DNA of 64,000 bases from the human T2T-CHM13v2.0 reference genome, Homo sapiens (GCF_009914755.1 NC_060931.1), one strand, 5' to 3'. Shown: positions 13,195-27,706, numbered from the stretch's first letter. Translations and numbers: made by a program. The notes: generated by a model from the sequence alone, not told the origin.

Positions 13195-13270
13195 TTGGGT
13201 TGGTGCGAAAGTAACTGCAGTTTCATCAGAAGTAATGGCAAAAACTGCAATTCCTTTGACACCAACCTCA
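13195..13270. mobile_element. MADE1 (Hsmar1-derived mariner MITE)
   Basis: ttgggttggtgcgaaagtaactgcagttt...taatggcaaaaactgcaattcctttgacaccaacctca; palindromic terminal inverted repeats. Confidence 0.85.
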
Positions 13271-13395
13271 TAGAAAAGCAGCATGACTTGAGCAGCTGGT
13301 GTCAGTCCCATCTTATTTTACTGTGATCTGAGCAGTATTTGGCCTGTTGAAGAAGAATAATTCTGTCTTCCCTCTTGAATTTCTCTTCCCGTTAG

Positions 13396-13759
13396 GTTTT
13401 CGTTCTCAAATTCCACACAATTGCTCGGTACCAGCTCTCTGCCATTTTTAAGAAGTGTAAGCCTCAGTCAGAACTTGGAGCCGTGGAAGCAGCTCTGCCT
13501 GGGGTGCCCACTGCCCCTGCAGCTCCTGGCCCTGCTCCCTCCCCAGCCCCTGTCCCTGCCCCACCTCCACCCCCGCCCCCACCCCCACCTGCCACCCCTG
13601 TGACCCCGGCCCCCGTGCCTCCCTTCGAGAAGCAAGGAGAAAAGGACAAGGAAGACAAGCAGACATTCCAAGTCACAGACTGTCGAAGTTTGGTCAAAAC
13701 CTTGGTGTGTGGTGTCAAGACAATCACGTGGGGCATAACATCATGCAAAGCACCTGGTG
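13396..13759 (+). CDS. TRRAP: TRRAP exon 8 in window, 364 nt, VFVLKFH...proline-rich insert...SCKAPG
   Basis: cgttag|GTT ... GGT G|gtaatt; includes Pro10 at 13561-13590. Confidence 0.96.
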
Positions 13760-13849
13760 GTAATTCTGCTCTTCAGTTATGTAGACAAACAATAGTTTTC
13801 ATAAAGTGAGTTTTATTCAAGTTAACTTAATATACTTTCTCTTTTCCAG

Positions 13850-13947
13850 AAGCTCAGTTCATTCCCAACAAGCAGTTACAACCCAAAGAGACACAGATTT
13901 ACATCAAACTTGTGAAATATGCAATGCAAGCTTTAGATATTTATCAG
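13850..13947 (+). CDS. TRRAP: TRRAP exon 9 in window, 98 nt, (E)AQFIPNKQ...ALDIYQ
   Basis: ttccag|AA GCT ... CAG|gtaagg; preceded by a 90-nt intron. Confidence 0.96.
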
Positions 13948-14416
13948 GTAAGGAAGTGCCCTCCAGCCAGGCTTTCGCATATGGAAAGTACCTCTTAGTA
14001 TTAGAGGTCATAGTGGTGGGGTGGCAGTGAGAGCTGTTAGTATTTGGATGGTCCACAGTATTTGTATACCCAGATGTGTTTTGTTCCACAACATAGCACT
14101 GCGTTTATGTGGGAATTCTTATTTATAAGAGTCTGTGCATTTTTGAGGGGCAGATAGTGTAAACGGAATGCAATAAAAATATAAGACTTAAGTTTAATAA
14201 TTTTTTTCATGGTCTGAACACCTAGAGGTTTTTTTTTTTTAATTCTTTGCCAAAATTAAGGTGAGAAAGGAGAATTTAAAAGGTTTTGGAGGGGGACATT
14301 TGTTATCTAATTTAAGTGCTCTATTTTAAGTATGCAGCTGATCTGGTTACATAATGGAACATATTCAGAGAGGTTCAGTTTTAATGCCTGTGGGCGGCTT
14401 TTTTCCCCTGTATTAG

Positions 14417-14611
14417 GTCCAGATAGCAGGAAATGGACAGACATACATCCGTGTGGCCAACTGCCAGACTGTGAGAATGAAAGAGGAGAAGGAGGTATTG
14501 GAGCATTTCGCTGGTGTGTTCACAATGATGAACCCCTTAACGTTCAAAGAAATCTTCCAAACTACGGTCCCTTATATGGTGGAGAGAATCTCAAAAAATT
14601 ATGCTCTTCAG
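14417..14611 (+). CDS. TRRAP: TRRAP exon 10 in window, 195 nt, VQIAGNGQ...KNYALQ
   Basis: tattag|GTC ... CAG|gtataa. Confidence 0.96.
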
Positions 14612-14830
14612 GTATAAAACTCCTTTTTTTATGTTGTTTGAACATTACAATTCTTTGTTTATGTCTTAAATACTTTTTCATTTATTTCAAGGATTTTAAA
14701 AATAATGTAGCCAAGGATGTGCTTATAGCTCAAAATTTAAAGAAATATTAGGCCATAATGTCTTGAAACAATTCTTAAAAGATTCAAATGCTTTGGATCA
14801 GTTCCTTTCGTTAGTAGAAATAAATATGTG

Positions 14831-15168
<338 letters not shown>

Positions 15169-15361
15169 TTACATCATTGAAGTGAACTGCCCTGCTCAGT
15201 GCTCAGTAAACCCGTTTCATTTTTTTCCTTTGGTGGATAATTAAATTTCTTGGAATGTGTGATACAGGCTTGGTTTTATGTTTTTTGAAAGCTTACTACT
15301 TTGTCTTAAAACTGCTTTGGGGAAGGGATTAATTTTTCACATGTGTTTCTTGTATTGACAG

Positions 15362-15553
15362 ATTGTTGCCAATTCCTTCTTGGCAAATCCTACTACCTCT
15401 GCTCTGTTTGCTACGATTCTGGTGGAATATCTCCTTGATCGCCTGCCAGAAATGGGCTCCAACGTGGAGCTCTCCAACCTGTACCTCAAGCTGTTCAAGC
15501 TGGTCTTTGGCTCTGTCTCCCTCTTTGCAGCTGAAAATGAACAAATGCTGAAG
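15362..15553 (+). CDS. TRRAP: TRRAP exon 11 in window, 192 nt, IVANSFLAN...EQMLK
   Basis: tgacag|ATT ... AAG|gtaaag. Confidence 0.96.
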
Positions 15554-15599
15554 GTAAAGTCCATTTAATCTAAGTAGTGCTTCTGTTCAGGGTTTTTTA

Positions 15600-15727
15600 T
15601 TGTTGTTAGAGACAGGGCCTCACGGTGGTGTCCAGGCTGGTCAGCGTTCTGGACTCAAGCAATCCACCTGCCTTGATCTCCCCAGTTTTTGGGACTATAG
15701 GCACTCACCACTGTGAGTGTGCCTGGC
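15600..15727 (-). mobile_element. Alu monomer (FLAM-like)
   Basis: Diverged antisense left arm. Confidence 0.6.
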
Positions 15728-16105
15728 TTTTTTTTTTTTAATTCTTATTTTCACTTTTAAACAAACTATAGTGACTCTTTATATTTATAAAGTACTCTTC
15801 GAAGTAGTAAATATTTGCAACAAATAAGGGCCAAGTGTGAAAATCATTCCGTGTATGTCTAAGCAGTAACTAATTTGTCTATCTAGTAACTTAAAATGAA
15901 AAATCCAGAACTCTTACGGTAAGCAAGTGTGGTGGTATTAGTATTGACACCACTGATTTTCTTTTTTAAACCTATTTTCTTTTTTTGGATTACACAAATA
16001 GGAGCAGATGGTTCTATTTTTAAAAATTTCAGTGATGCAAACGAACTTATTAGAAGGAAAAAAATGTCTTCACCTACCTCTCAAATATGGTGTGACAGTG
16101 CCGAT

Positions 16106-16587
16106 TGTTACCAAGCAGTGGTCTCACTCCTGGATGCACACTGAAGCCAATACAATGGTACCAGCTTTTCAGGGAAAAAAAAACATCTTTATTGCAAGGT
16201 TGTTTGACAAGGAGACAGGAGACTCCGTTCTCCCAGAGCTGGGGTCTTGTGGTGGGTTTTATAGGAAGAGTAACTGTGAGGGAGACGGAAAAATGCAGTG
16301 AGGCATGATTTGATTGAGCTCTGCAGTGAGGCAGTGCTCGGTCTTTTGCTCTTAAGTTCCTATTGCAACAAAACAGGGCTCCCTTGTTCTTAATTTGGTC
16401 CTCGTTGCTTGGTCCAGGTACTTGGGTTCCATCTGTGGTTAACTTTTCCTTCCAGCCCGCCCCAGAGTCACTAATCCCGTGTGCCTTGTTCACCTGCGCA
16501 TGTTTGCTACTTGCAGTCTTGGGGTCTGTTGCAACTGAAATCAACTCAGACGAAGCTGAACCAGTTTGAACTGGTTCTGCGGTTACA
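16106..16587 (-). mobile_element. Probable ERV1-class solo LTR (family not assigned)
   Basis: TG...CA-type ends (minus strand begins tgtaaccgcagaaccag); AATAAA on minus strand near 16190; about 480 bp. Confidence 0.45.
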
Positions 16588-16618
16588 GTTACATCAACAG
16601 TTGTCCACTTCACTCAGG

Positions 16619-16926
16619 TTTTGTTTTTGCTTTTTTTGTTTTTTTGGGTTTTTTTTTTGAGTCTGTCACCCAGGCTGGAGTGCAGTGGAGTGATCTTGGC
16701 TCACTGCAACCTCTGCCTCCCGGGTCAAGCAATTCTCCTGCCTCAGCTTCGCCAGTAACTGGGATTATAGGTGCATGCCACCACGTTTGGCTAATTTTTG
16801 TATTTTTAGTGGAGATGGGGTTTCACCATGTTGGCCAAGCTGGTCTCAAACTCCTGACCTCAGGTGATCGTCTGCCTTGGCCTCTGAAAGTGCTGGGATT
16901 ACAGGTCTGAGCCACTGCACCTGGCC
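16619..16926 (-). mobile_element. AluS
   Basis: TSD ttcactcaggttttgt. Confidence 0.9.
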
Positions 16927-17444
16927 TTCACTCAGGTTTTGTGTTTTCTCTGTGTTAACAGTCTTGGCAATATGTAAATGACACATTTCAGGACTATTTC
17001 TTTCTTTTTCCCCTTTAAATAAAAAATTCTGATCAGTCTGTGCTTCTTTATTAAGAACATCTTAGAGAAGATGTCCCATCATACATTTTTATGGATGACT
17101 AATCCTATGTAATTGGATCTCATCTGTTATTTGAGTCTAGCAAATGGGTAAAACCCATCCATAGTTATATTACTAAAAGCAGCAGGTGGTAGAATAAAAA
17201 CCTTATAAAAATGCACTCCCTCTTGTGGCAAAATATCTTAATTTCTATAGAAAATTGAATATGTCAAAAGAGATGCTTTCTTGGGAAAATCTGAAGATGT
17301 AAATAAGATCTGTGCATTTGGAGTAATTGCACAGATGGTGACACAGAGCTCCAGTAACCTGTGCTTTCCTTGTTTTCTTTTCACAGTTCTATAGTAATTA
17401 CTTATCAACAACCTTAACTTTTGTGTTAATATAGGAGAGTACTA

Positions 17445-17735
17445 GTCAGGCGTGGTAGCTTACACCTATAATCTTATAATTCTAGCACTTCCGGAGGCTG
17501 AGGCAGGAGGATTGCTTGAGCCCAAGAGTTCAAGACCAGCCTGGGCAGCATAGTGAGACCCTATCTCTACAAAATAATTTAAAAAAAAATTAGCTGGATG
17601 TGGTGGTGTGCACCTGTAGTCCCAGCTACTCAGGAAGCCGAAGAGAGAGGATCGTTTGAATGAGCCAGGAGGTTGAGGCTGCAGTGCACTTCAGCTTAGG
17701 TGACCGAGTGAGATCCTGTCTCCAAAACAGAAGGG
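17445..17735 (+). mobile_element. AluJ
   Basis: Diverged dimer. Confidence 0.85.
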
Positions 17736-17906
17736 AAAATACTTATTTTTAAATTTAAAGATATAAAATAATTATAATCTGTGTCCTCATATAATTCATT
17801 ATCCTCAAATAATTCATTTTTTTGCCAGCATTAGATATGACTATGCAGAACAACAGCAAAAAAGCCCAGAATAAAACCTATCGGGACAAATCGAATGTTG
17901 GAATGT

Positions 17907-18056
17907 GGCTGGGCATGGTGGCTCATGCCTGTAATCTCAGCTACTCAGGAGGCTGAGACAGGAGAATTGCTTGAACCTGGGAGGCGGAGGTCACAGTGAG
18001 CCAAGATTGTGCCACTGACTATACTCCAGCCTGGGAGACAGAGTGAGACCCTGTCT

Positions 18057-18088
<32 letters not shown>
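17907..18088 (+). mobile_element. Alu right-arm (5'-truncated) insertion
   Basis: TSD gaatgttggaatgt; long poly(A). Confidence 0.85.
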
Positions 18089-18089
<1 letters not shown>

Positions 18090-18539
18090 CAGAAAAAGAA
18101 TGTTGGAATGTTTAAGAAAAGTATTCAAGGAACAATTTTCATAGAACTTTTTGTCCAGAATAATACATACAGTTTTGTAAAATAAATAAATAAATATATT
18201 CTGCCATATACCATAATAAATTTGGAACCATATCAGTGACTATACCAAGAATTTATAATTATTTAAATACACATGCAAAAAATTTTCATGTTAAACTTAG
18301 CATGTGACATATCAAAACCAGGATTTGACAAAACAAAATAAAAAGTTAATATGGTTTAAAATTTTGATTAAAGCTAGTATGATCTAGTAGAGTGGTTTTT
18401 TTAAAAGAAAGATTTATACAAAAATATTTTCCAATTAAGTCTTCCAAAACGCTATAGTCTTCAATGTCTTTTGAGATTTTTTTACACTTTGCATACATCT
18501 TATTTGATTGGTAGTACAATTTCAGTTCCTGTAGGTTAC

Positions 18540-18830
<291 letters not shown>

Positions 18831-19062
18831 CCCTGTAGGTTATTTTTGCATTTCATTTGTTACAGATACCAACATATACTTTAAGATAAACTATTTTGAG
18901 TTAAATAAAGATTGGAATATGCTTGTTTGGTTTTTTCCCTTTGGAGTAAACACATCAGAATTGCCTTCCATTGCTGTCGGATTACAGTGACACTTTAGAG
19001 TCTGGAGGGTATAGACTCTCCTCATTTAGATGCCACTAATCTGCGTCTTCTCCACCCCGCAG

Positions 19063-19228
19063 CCTCACTTGCACAAGATTGTGAACAGCTCTATGGAGCT
19101 CGCGCAGACTGCCAAGGAACCCTACAACTACTTCTTGCTGCTACGGGCGCTGTTTCGCTCTATTGGTGGAGGTAGCCACGATCTCTTGTATCAGGAGTTC
19201 TTGCCTCTCCTTCCAAACCTCCTGCAAG
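19063..19228 (+). CDS. TRRAP: TRRAP exon 12 in window, 166 nt, PHLHKIVN...PNLLQ(G)
   Basis: ccgcag|CCT ... CAA G|gtcaga. Confidence 0.96.
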
Positions 19229-20762
19229 GTCAGAGCAGTGACTTTGGTTGCCTTTTAGTCTTGTGTGTCATGTAGTCATGTGTCTAGCCATCCTGATTGC
19301 TGGGTTTCATCCTCTGTAACTGGTGAGTGTCATGGTTGGTGGGATGGGATGTGGCACATCCGCCGCCCCCCTGCCCCCCTCCCCTGGCCCTGGTCATCTA
19401 CTGGGACTTTGAAGGGCGCTGCCTTCAGGGATGGGCCCTTCCCCTCCCTCCTCAGCATTGAATGGGATTTAGGTGTTAGTTGTCCTGGCTAGGGCTTGGT
19501 TGCATTTTTATAGTGTTTGGTAAGCAAGTCTAGAAAATGATTTCTAGTGGTTTAGTAAGATCAGAGATCCCTAGACTGAAAGAGAATCAGAACAAAAAAA
19601 GAAAAAGCAGGTGACAAAGTTGAGACAGAGTTGACTTACAGTTAGTTTATATTTTCATTTAGCTTCTGATTTACATAGCCAGAATCCTGTAATTCCTGTA
19701 TAATTAGGAATGCTCTCAAGGTACATAGTTAACAGGGATCTGGGTTCATTGAATGCTTTTGGGGTGTGTGCTGATTGGAAACACTGTCCCAGGAATTCAT
19801 TACACTTCTTGGTATGGTGAGCTCTTGGCAAGGGATTGACCCTTCTCATGTATTTCCTTAACTTCCTTAGAGAAGTGACATAGGCTACCCAGGAGGCAGC
19901 AGGGACATCCTTTACTGTTGACTGAAATGGTGATGAATCTGCCATGGGAGTGGACCATAACCTGGCTCCATGTCCGGATTTAACCCTGTCTCTAGTTAAT
20001 CCCTGCTGGAGCCCCTGTTCACACAGTCTGATTTCCTGGGCTCTCAGCTGTCCCCCAAGGGGTGTTCCTCCCTCCCGGTCTCATTCAAGCTGACCCTGTG
20101 CTGGGAACTCAGCCCCTTGCCCTCCTCTATCCTCCTCATCCTTTGGATTTGGGACCTGGTTCTGCTGCCCCGTGAGGCCATCCCTGATGGCTTCTCTTCT
20201 CCCTGAGTTCTCGTCCTTCATCCTGCCTTCCTGTGCCGTGCAGGACGTGCCTTTTCTTGGGTCCACTGCCACACGCCTTTCTCTTTCTAGCCAGCCTCAG
20301 CTCTCAGTGGCACTGTCTCAGGAATGGGGTCAGTAAATCCTTAACTGTCCTCGTGAGTGGTGGGGAGGGGGACTTTATCAGAAAGAGGCTCCTCGCCATT
20401 TATAATACAAAAAAATTAGTTTTAAAAACTGTTTAGAGAATAGACCTCAACTGTGGTTTACTAAAGTCTGATAGTACAACATAATTAAAAAATAATTTAT
20501 GATATTAAAAGGATATAGTACTATGATTATAATTTAAATTATAATTTATAACAGTTACATACGGCCTACTGTTACCACTCAGAAGGGGTCATGAGTGCAA
20601 TTATTGGACAGATGTAACAGGGTGGAGTCTAAGGGCACAGAGGTCTCCCTGCAGTTGTGCTGATGTGCACAAGAGAAGGAGGGGCAGTTCTTTTGTGTGT
20701 TTCACCTGGGCCCGAGTCTGGGGAGCGTCTTCCCTCTCTGATAGCTGCACCCCCTTCCCTAG

Positions 20763-21019
20763 GGCTGAACATGCTTCAGAGTGGCCTGCACAAGCAGCAC
20801 ATGAAGGACCTCTTTGTGGAGCTGTGTCTCACCGTCCCTGTGCGGCTGAGCTCGCTTTTGCCGTACCTGCCCATGCTTATGGATCCCTTGGTGTCTGCAC
20901 TCAATGGGTCTCAGACATTGGTCAGCCAAGGCCTCAGGACGCTGGAGCTGTGTGTGGACAACCTGCAGCCCGACTTCCTCTACGACCACATCCAGCCGGT
21001 GCGCGCAGAGCTCATGCAG
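20763..21019 (+). CDS. TRRAP: TRRAP exon 13 in window, 257 nt, LNMLQSGL...RAELMQ
   Basis: ccctag|GG CTG ... CAG|gtagga. Confidence 0.96.
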
Positions 21020-21179
21020 GTAGGATTTTAGTGAGGTTGTTAGCTGGCTGCTTCCCTGGAAGCAGTGGGCCGTCATTGGGTTCTCTGTACTCAAGAGTGG
21101 GCTCTGCAAGATGGACCAGTGCAGCTCTCTGTTTAATTCATCTTCGTGAGTCTTCTGGTGGATTGAAATATGTAAAGAA

Positions 21180-21473
21180 GGCCGGGCACGGTGTCTCCTG
21201 ACTGTGATCCCAGCACTTTGGGAGGCCGAGGAGGGTGGATCACTTGAGCCCAGGAGTTGGAGACCAGCCTGGGCAACATGGTGAAAACCCATCTCTACAA
21301 AAAATACAAAAATTAGCCAAGCATGGTGGCCGACACCTGTAATCCCAGCTACTTGAGGCTGAGGCAGGGGGATCACCTGAGCCCAGGGAGGTTGAGGCTG
21401 CAGCGAGGCATGATCACACTGCTGTACTCCAGCCTGGGTGACAAAATCAGACCCTGTCTCAAAAAAAAAAAAA
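21180..21473 (+). mobile_element. AluJ
   Basis: Full dimer with poly(A). Confidence 0.9.
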
Positions 21474-21488
21474 AGAGGAAATGTGTAA

Positions 21489-21865
<377 letters not shown>

Positions 21866-22112
21866 GAGGGTTATATTCTTAATAAGTTGATGACTGATTA
21901 AGGCAGGTGTTATGGTTACTATACGGCCACCATTGCTTCCAGTGAGAACCTCTCTATCCAGGAAAGATCTTCAGTTGCATAGTAAAGGGATATTGACTCT
22001 AAAGGAAAGATATAGGTGTTTGCTCCACCCTACCCAAAGGGAAAAAGAAGCAGATAATAAAGGAGGTTGTTTTGAAAACACTTGTATATTTGTTTATTAA
22101 AGTTCATATGTT

Positions 22113-22347
22113 GGCCAGGCACTGTGGCTCACGCCTGTAATCCCAGCACTATGGGAGGCTGAGACAGGCAGATCACTTGAGTCCTGGAGTTTGAAACCAG
22201 CCTGGCCAACATGGCGAAACCCTGTCTCTACTAAAAATACAAAAATTAGCCAGGCATGGTAGCAAGCCCCCTGTAATCCCAGCTACTCAGGAGGCTGAGC
22301 AGGAGAATCGCTTAAACTGTCTCAAAAAAAAAAAAAAAAGAAAAAAA
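22113..22347 (+). mobile_element. Alu with internal right-arm deletion
   Basis: gaatcgctt joins almost directly to ctgtctcaaaa. Confidence 0.85.
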
Positions 22348-22657
22348 GGTTGATATGTTAAAGTTAGTTTTTCCTACATATTTTGCTGTTGTTACTGATT
22401 TGTGATCTGGTTGGTAATTGTTGGAGGGTTAGGGTGTGTGTCTCAAAGCATCTGCCCCTTTAATAGCAGGTAGTTGGCCCCAGATAGGAGTCAGAGTATG
22501 AGCTTTAGATGATGGAGGCTCAGTTACTCCTAGGAGTCTCTGTTCAAATTAGATTGGAGACTGCAGCTAGGACTGAGTTTGAGGTTGGGATATTTTCCCT
22601 CCCTGTCCTGAGATTTAGATCTTGGGCTTCATCTAGGCTGGAAGAAGATGGCGTAGG

Positions 22658-22950
22658 GGCCAGGTGTGGTGGCTCACACCTGTAATCCCAGCACTTTGGG
22701 AGGCCGAGGCAGGAGCATTGCTTGAGCCTAGGAGTTCCAGATCAGCCTAGGCAACATGGTGAAATCCCATCTCTACTAAAAATACAGAAAATTAGCTGGA
22801 TGTGGTGGTACATGCCTGTAGTCCCAGCTACTCACGAGTTTGAGGTGGAAGAATCCGTTGAACTCAAGAGGTTGAGGCTACAGTGAGACATGATTGAACC
22901 ACTGCACTGCAAGCTGAGTGACAGAACAAGACCCTGTTTCAAAAAAAACC
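22658..22950 (+). mobile_element. AluJ
   Basis: TSD aagatggc(g/a)tagg. Confidence 0.88.
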
Positions 22951-23526
22951 AAAAGATAAAGATGGCATAGGCCGTGGGTCAGAGTCCCTGCTGGTCACCT
23001 GGAGGATTGATGAGAGCCTGCCTTTAGAACAGTAGTATTGGTTCTACAAGGCAAACCCTGCGGCTGACCCAGGGTGCATGAGCAGCTTGTGGGAGAGGAG
23101 GAGGAGGTGGTTCTTAGGCCTTCTTACCATCCATGAGGCAGATAGCCCAAAAGAGACACACACAGGCTCAAGGCCACAGGAACCACCACAGGCCTCCAGA
23201 TGAATGGCACAGGGTCAGCCTCTCCCAGTCCCATCAACCAGCTAAGGCCATGCGAGCACAGCAGGAGGGCATGCTTGTTCCCAGGGCTGCCCCCTCCTGA
23301 GGACACCCAAGGGTTGGGTGGGCCTGGTGGAGGGTAGATGAGGTGAGAGGTCTTAGACTACTTTTCTGACAATTATTAAGAAGCCTGTTTGAATCTACGG
23401 GAACGTAAGAGAAATTGGAATTTTGCTTGGTTTAGAGAAAAGTACCAAGATTTTATGTTAAGGAGTATTGCTAGACATGAATATTTGGCATTGTTAAATG
23501 GAAGGTGATTTAAGAAAATAGATTTA

Positions 23527-23833
<307 letters not shown>

Positions 23834-24184
23834 TAGACTTACATAGTGACCTGTAGTAATTTTTAGGACCTCTGATAATTCAGACAAAAAATGGGGGGAA
23901 ATTTACAGTTTTTTGCGACAGTTGAGTGCGGATATTTCTTAAATGCGGAGTCCACATTAACTTAATTCTTTTCCATAGTCCTGTAATGGAGGTGCCTTCG
24001 TGATCTGTGTTTTTCCTTTGCCACCCTTTCTAATGTAAGATTTGAAGTGTATGAGACAATTTATGTCATGTTTGTAAGTTATAAAGCCTAATAAATAGAC
24101 TTAAAAACCTGAGAAGTTGCCATCCCACCCAGGACTGGAACCTCACTGCTAAGTCGCATCCACCTGCGTGCTCCTCCCCACCCA

Positions 24185-24462
<278 letters not shown>

Positions 24463-24724
24463 GCATGTGCCTAAACAAGATACTGCTTAGTTTTCTTGTT
24501 TTGGAGCTCTGCAGCACTTATAATATGCTGCTATTTATATTCCAGGAGCATGGATGAACATTTATGTTTACACAGGTACTTTCTTTATAAAGACATAAAA
24601 CTTCCTTGGAAGAACATGCAAGACTAATAACATTGGTTTCTCCAAAGAAGGGAGAACGGTGTGTTTGGGTAACAGAGGTGGGAGGAAGGATTGTTGCCAA
24701 GCAGTGTTCCATCACTTTGAGGGT

Positions 24725-25021
<297 letters not shown>

Positions 25022-25091
25022 TGAGTTTTGATCCGAACCTCGTGAAGGCATTACCTTAAGAGGACCTTAATGAAAGCACGCTGATTTTCAG

Positions 25092-25292
25092 GCTCTGTGG
25101 CGCACCTTACGCAACCCTGCTGACAGCATCTCCCACGTGGCCTACCGTGTGCTCGGTAAGTTTGGCGGCAGTAACAGGAAGATGCTGAAGGAGTCGCAGA
25201 AGCTGCACTACGTTGTGACCGAGGTTCAGGGCCCCAGCATCACTGTGGAGTTTTCCGACTGCAAAGCTTCTCTCCAGCTCCCCATGGAGAAG
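25092..25292 (+). CDS. TRRAP: TRRAP exon 14 in window, 201 nt, ALWRTLRN...LPMEK
   Basis: tttcag|GCT ... AAG|gtaagc. Confidence 0.96.
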
Positions 25293-27668
25293 GTAAGCTC
25301 TGTGACAATGTCGTTTCGTTTTAAGCCTTGTGAAGATACTATGTTTCAGTCTATGTGAAATGTTAATTAGACCTGTGTCTTAGGCAATCTCTGAGTAGAA
25401 CCAGTTGTATCAGGTGATCGGCCTGGTTGGCACAGGGGCTTTCCTAATGCCAGGAGACCAGTGGAGGGGTGTCACCTGAGAACTTGGTACTCTGGAGCAG
25501 CCCCCTCTCCTGGTGACCAAGAGGAGATGCCAGCCCATCCCGCCGTGAACTCCTTCCATTCTGATGCCTGGCAGGCTTACTGAGAACCTGAGTTGAGTCC
25601 ATGCCTGTCTGTCTTCGCAGCCACACGCAGTGCCTCGCTTTCTCCCATTCTCTATCCAAACGCAGCTCGCACTGTCTCATTCCTGGCTCTCATCCCACTG
25701 CCAACAGCTCCTGGGTCTCTGTTAGGCCCTTTAGAGATCCTCGTTTTTACTGTGTAAAAAGCAGACAGTGCCCCCGCACCCTGCTGGAGTGTCCTGCCTG
25801 CTGCCTTTGCCCTGTCTGTGTTGAACACCCACCGTCTCTCCTCCCTGCCCTGCTGACTTTTCTGCTCCCTGTCCTAGTTCTGTGTCAGCATCATTCCATC
25901 GTCACGTTGGCTTTTCCCTCTGACTCTGTCACCAGTCCTTCCCCACATGGTGGCAGCATTTGTTTCCATGTCTTTGCAGGACATCATCTAGCTGTTGTGT
26001 ATTGGGTATTTTTTTAAGGATATTATCGTAATGTTTGAGCGGATCCACGTGAGTTGGGCATTTCAGTAAGCTGGCTGCCTGCTGGGGTCCTGAGCCTCTT
26101 GCAGATCTGATCTTCAGCCAGCATCGTGTGGCCTGGAACTGCTCCAGGCCCTCCCTTTGCTCTGGCTAACTCCTCCCTGCCCTGTTGCATCATTGTGTAG
26201 TACTGGGTGTGTTTACCTTTGTAGAAGACGTGTGCCCATGTAGTGGCTTCTGTGTCCATAAGTAAACATTGGGGAGGGAGAAGCTGGTACAGATAAGCGT
26301 CACTCTGGAGTTGTTTTCTGTCATCATCTCAGTCAGCCTGTCCCCCGCAACTTCCTCAAGCCTATGCCTCATCCCCAGCCCTCCCCAACTCCTGCCTTAT
26401 GAAGCACTGTTCCCTCTCCAGCCTCAGGGTGGGTGCAGTCTCAGCTTCTAACCCAAACCTTCATCCACATACTTTCCAAATGAATGCTACTCTCCTAAGA
26501 GAATTGGATGGCTAAAATTCTGTCTTTTGCGTATTTTATTTGACTCTGTATAGACAAAAAGCTCCCCCCACCCCCAAAAAATTCCCTTTAGAAGTAGTTT
26601 TGCCCCAAAGCAGCTGAAGTCTGGAAGAAATCAGGTTTTGCAGAGGTAGGATCGTAAAGGTCTGGGCCCCCTTACAGAGGCTCACCATGGTGCCTGTCAA
26701 GGCATTCTTTCTGAGCAGGACGCCATCCTGCCGGCACTGGCTGCAGCACACCTGGTATAGCTCATAGCTAAGGAGCCCATGAGGTAAAGGGAAAGATGAG
26801 CGTGGCTAAGCCAAGTGCCAGTGAGTTTCCATTAAACCATTCTGCTTTTGGCACACTTGGCAGTCCTTGATTCTTTTTGGCAGGTAATTGGCTCATATGT
26901 TATATTGATTCTGAAAAATAAAATTTTAGAAAGTACCACCATTTACAACTGCTACTGATCAGATCACATGCAGTTCCGCAATACCCTCGAAGAGCACGGA
27001 CACTCAAGCTGGGGTTCATCCGGGGAGGAGCTGTTGTCATGCTTGTGTGCACTGCGTGTCTCTAAGCCTGGCAGGGGCTGGTGGGGAGGGCCTCTGTCCC
27101 TGTCATCACCCTCTCCTGGTTCCTCACACAGGGCCTGGGTAAATTTTTAACAAAGATTAGTTATTTGATTTATATGTACATAATTATTGTTAAGGTGAAT
27201 GTCTTGGCTGTTAAAGGCTTCAGATTACTTTTGTGTGTGGTTGTGTCTTCGCCACTATCTCAGTCAACCCCATGAGAATGAATAGAATAAAAATGTGTGC
27301 ATGTAGCTATGTAGGCTTTCTGAAAAAAATGATGTCAACCTTTTTCTTTCTTAAAGAATGAGTTTAGTAAAAGCTTAAGAAAGCCATCTTTCAGTTTTGA
27401 ACCTAGGCACAGGAAAGTCTGCTTTGCAGAAAGTTCATTATTATTCTTGTTAGGATCTTGAAGAGCATGTAGGTGAGGCAGAATCTGGTTTAACCCAGCA
27501 AATCTTCCACAAGAGGCTCTCCGAGCTCACTTAGTTCCTGTAATCTGCCATTGGCTATTTGAACATGAAATTGTTAAACTCCATCTTGGCATTTTAATTT
27601 GAACTGTGCAATTCCTTGTTTTGTAATACTTCCACCGCCTCTTTTGGAAGCTTCACCAGGTGAATACC

Positions 27669-27706
27669 TATTAAAGCTGTATTAAAGCTGTATTGTATTA
27701 AAGCTG
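27669..27706. repeat. 11-bp repeat tattaaagctg x3
   Basis: Copies at 27669, 27680 and 27696. Confidence 0.85.

Noticed and set aside
16074-16613. 179-aa minus-strand ORF
   Set aside because: Coincides with a probable solo LTR; no recognisable protein motif
20665-21376. 178-aa and 205-aa alternative-frame or antisense ORFs overlapping an exon
   Set aside because: Expected stop-poor shadow frames of a GC3-rich exon plus Alu sequence; no independent gene signals
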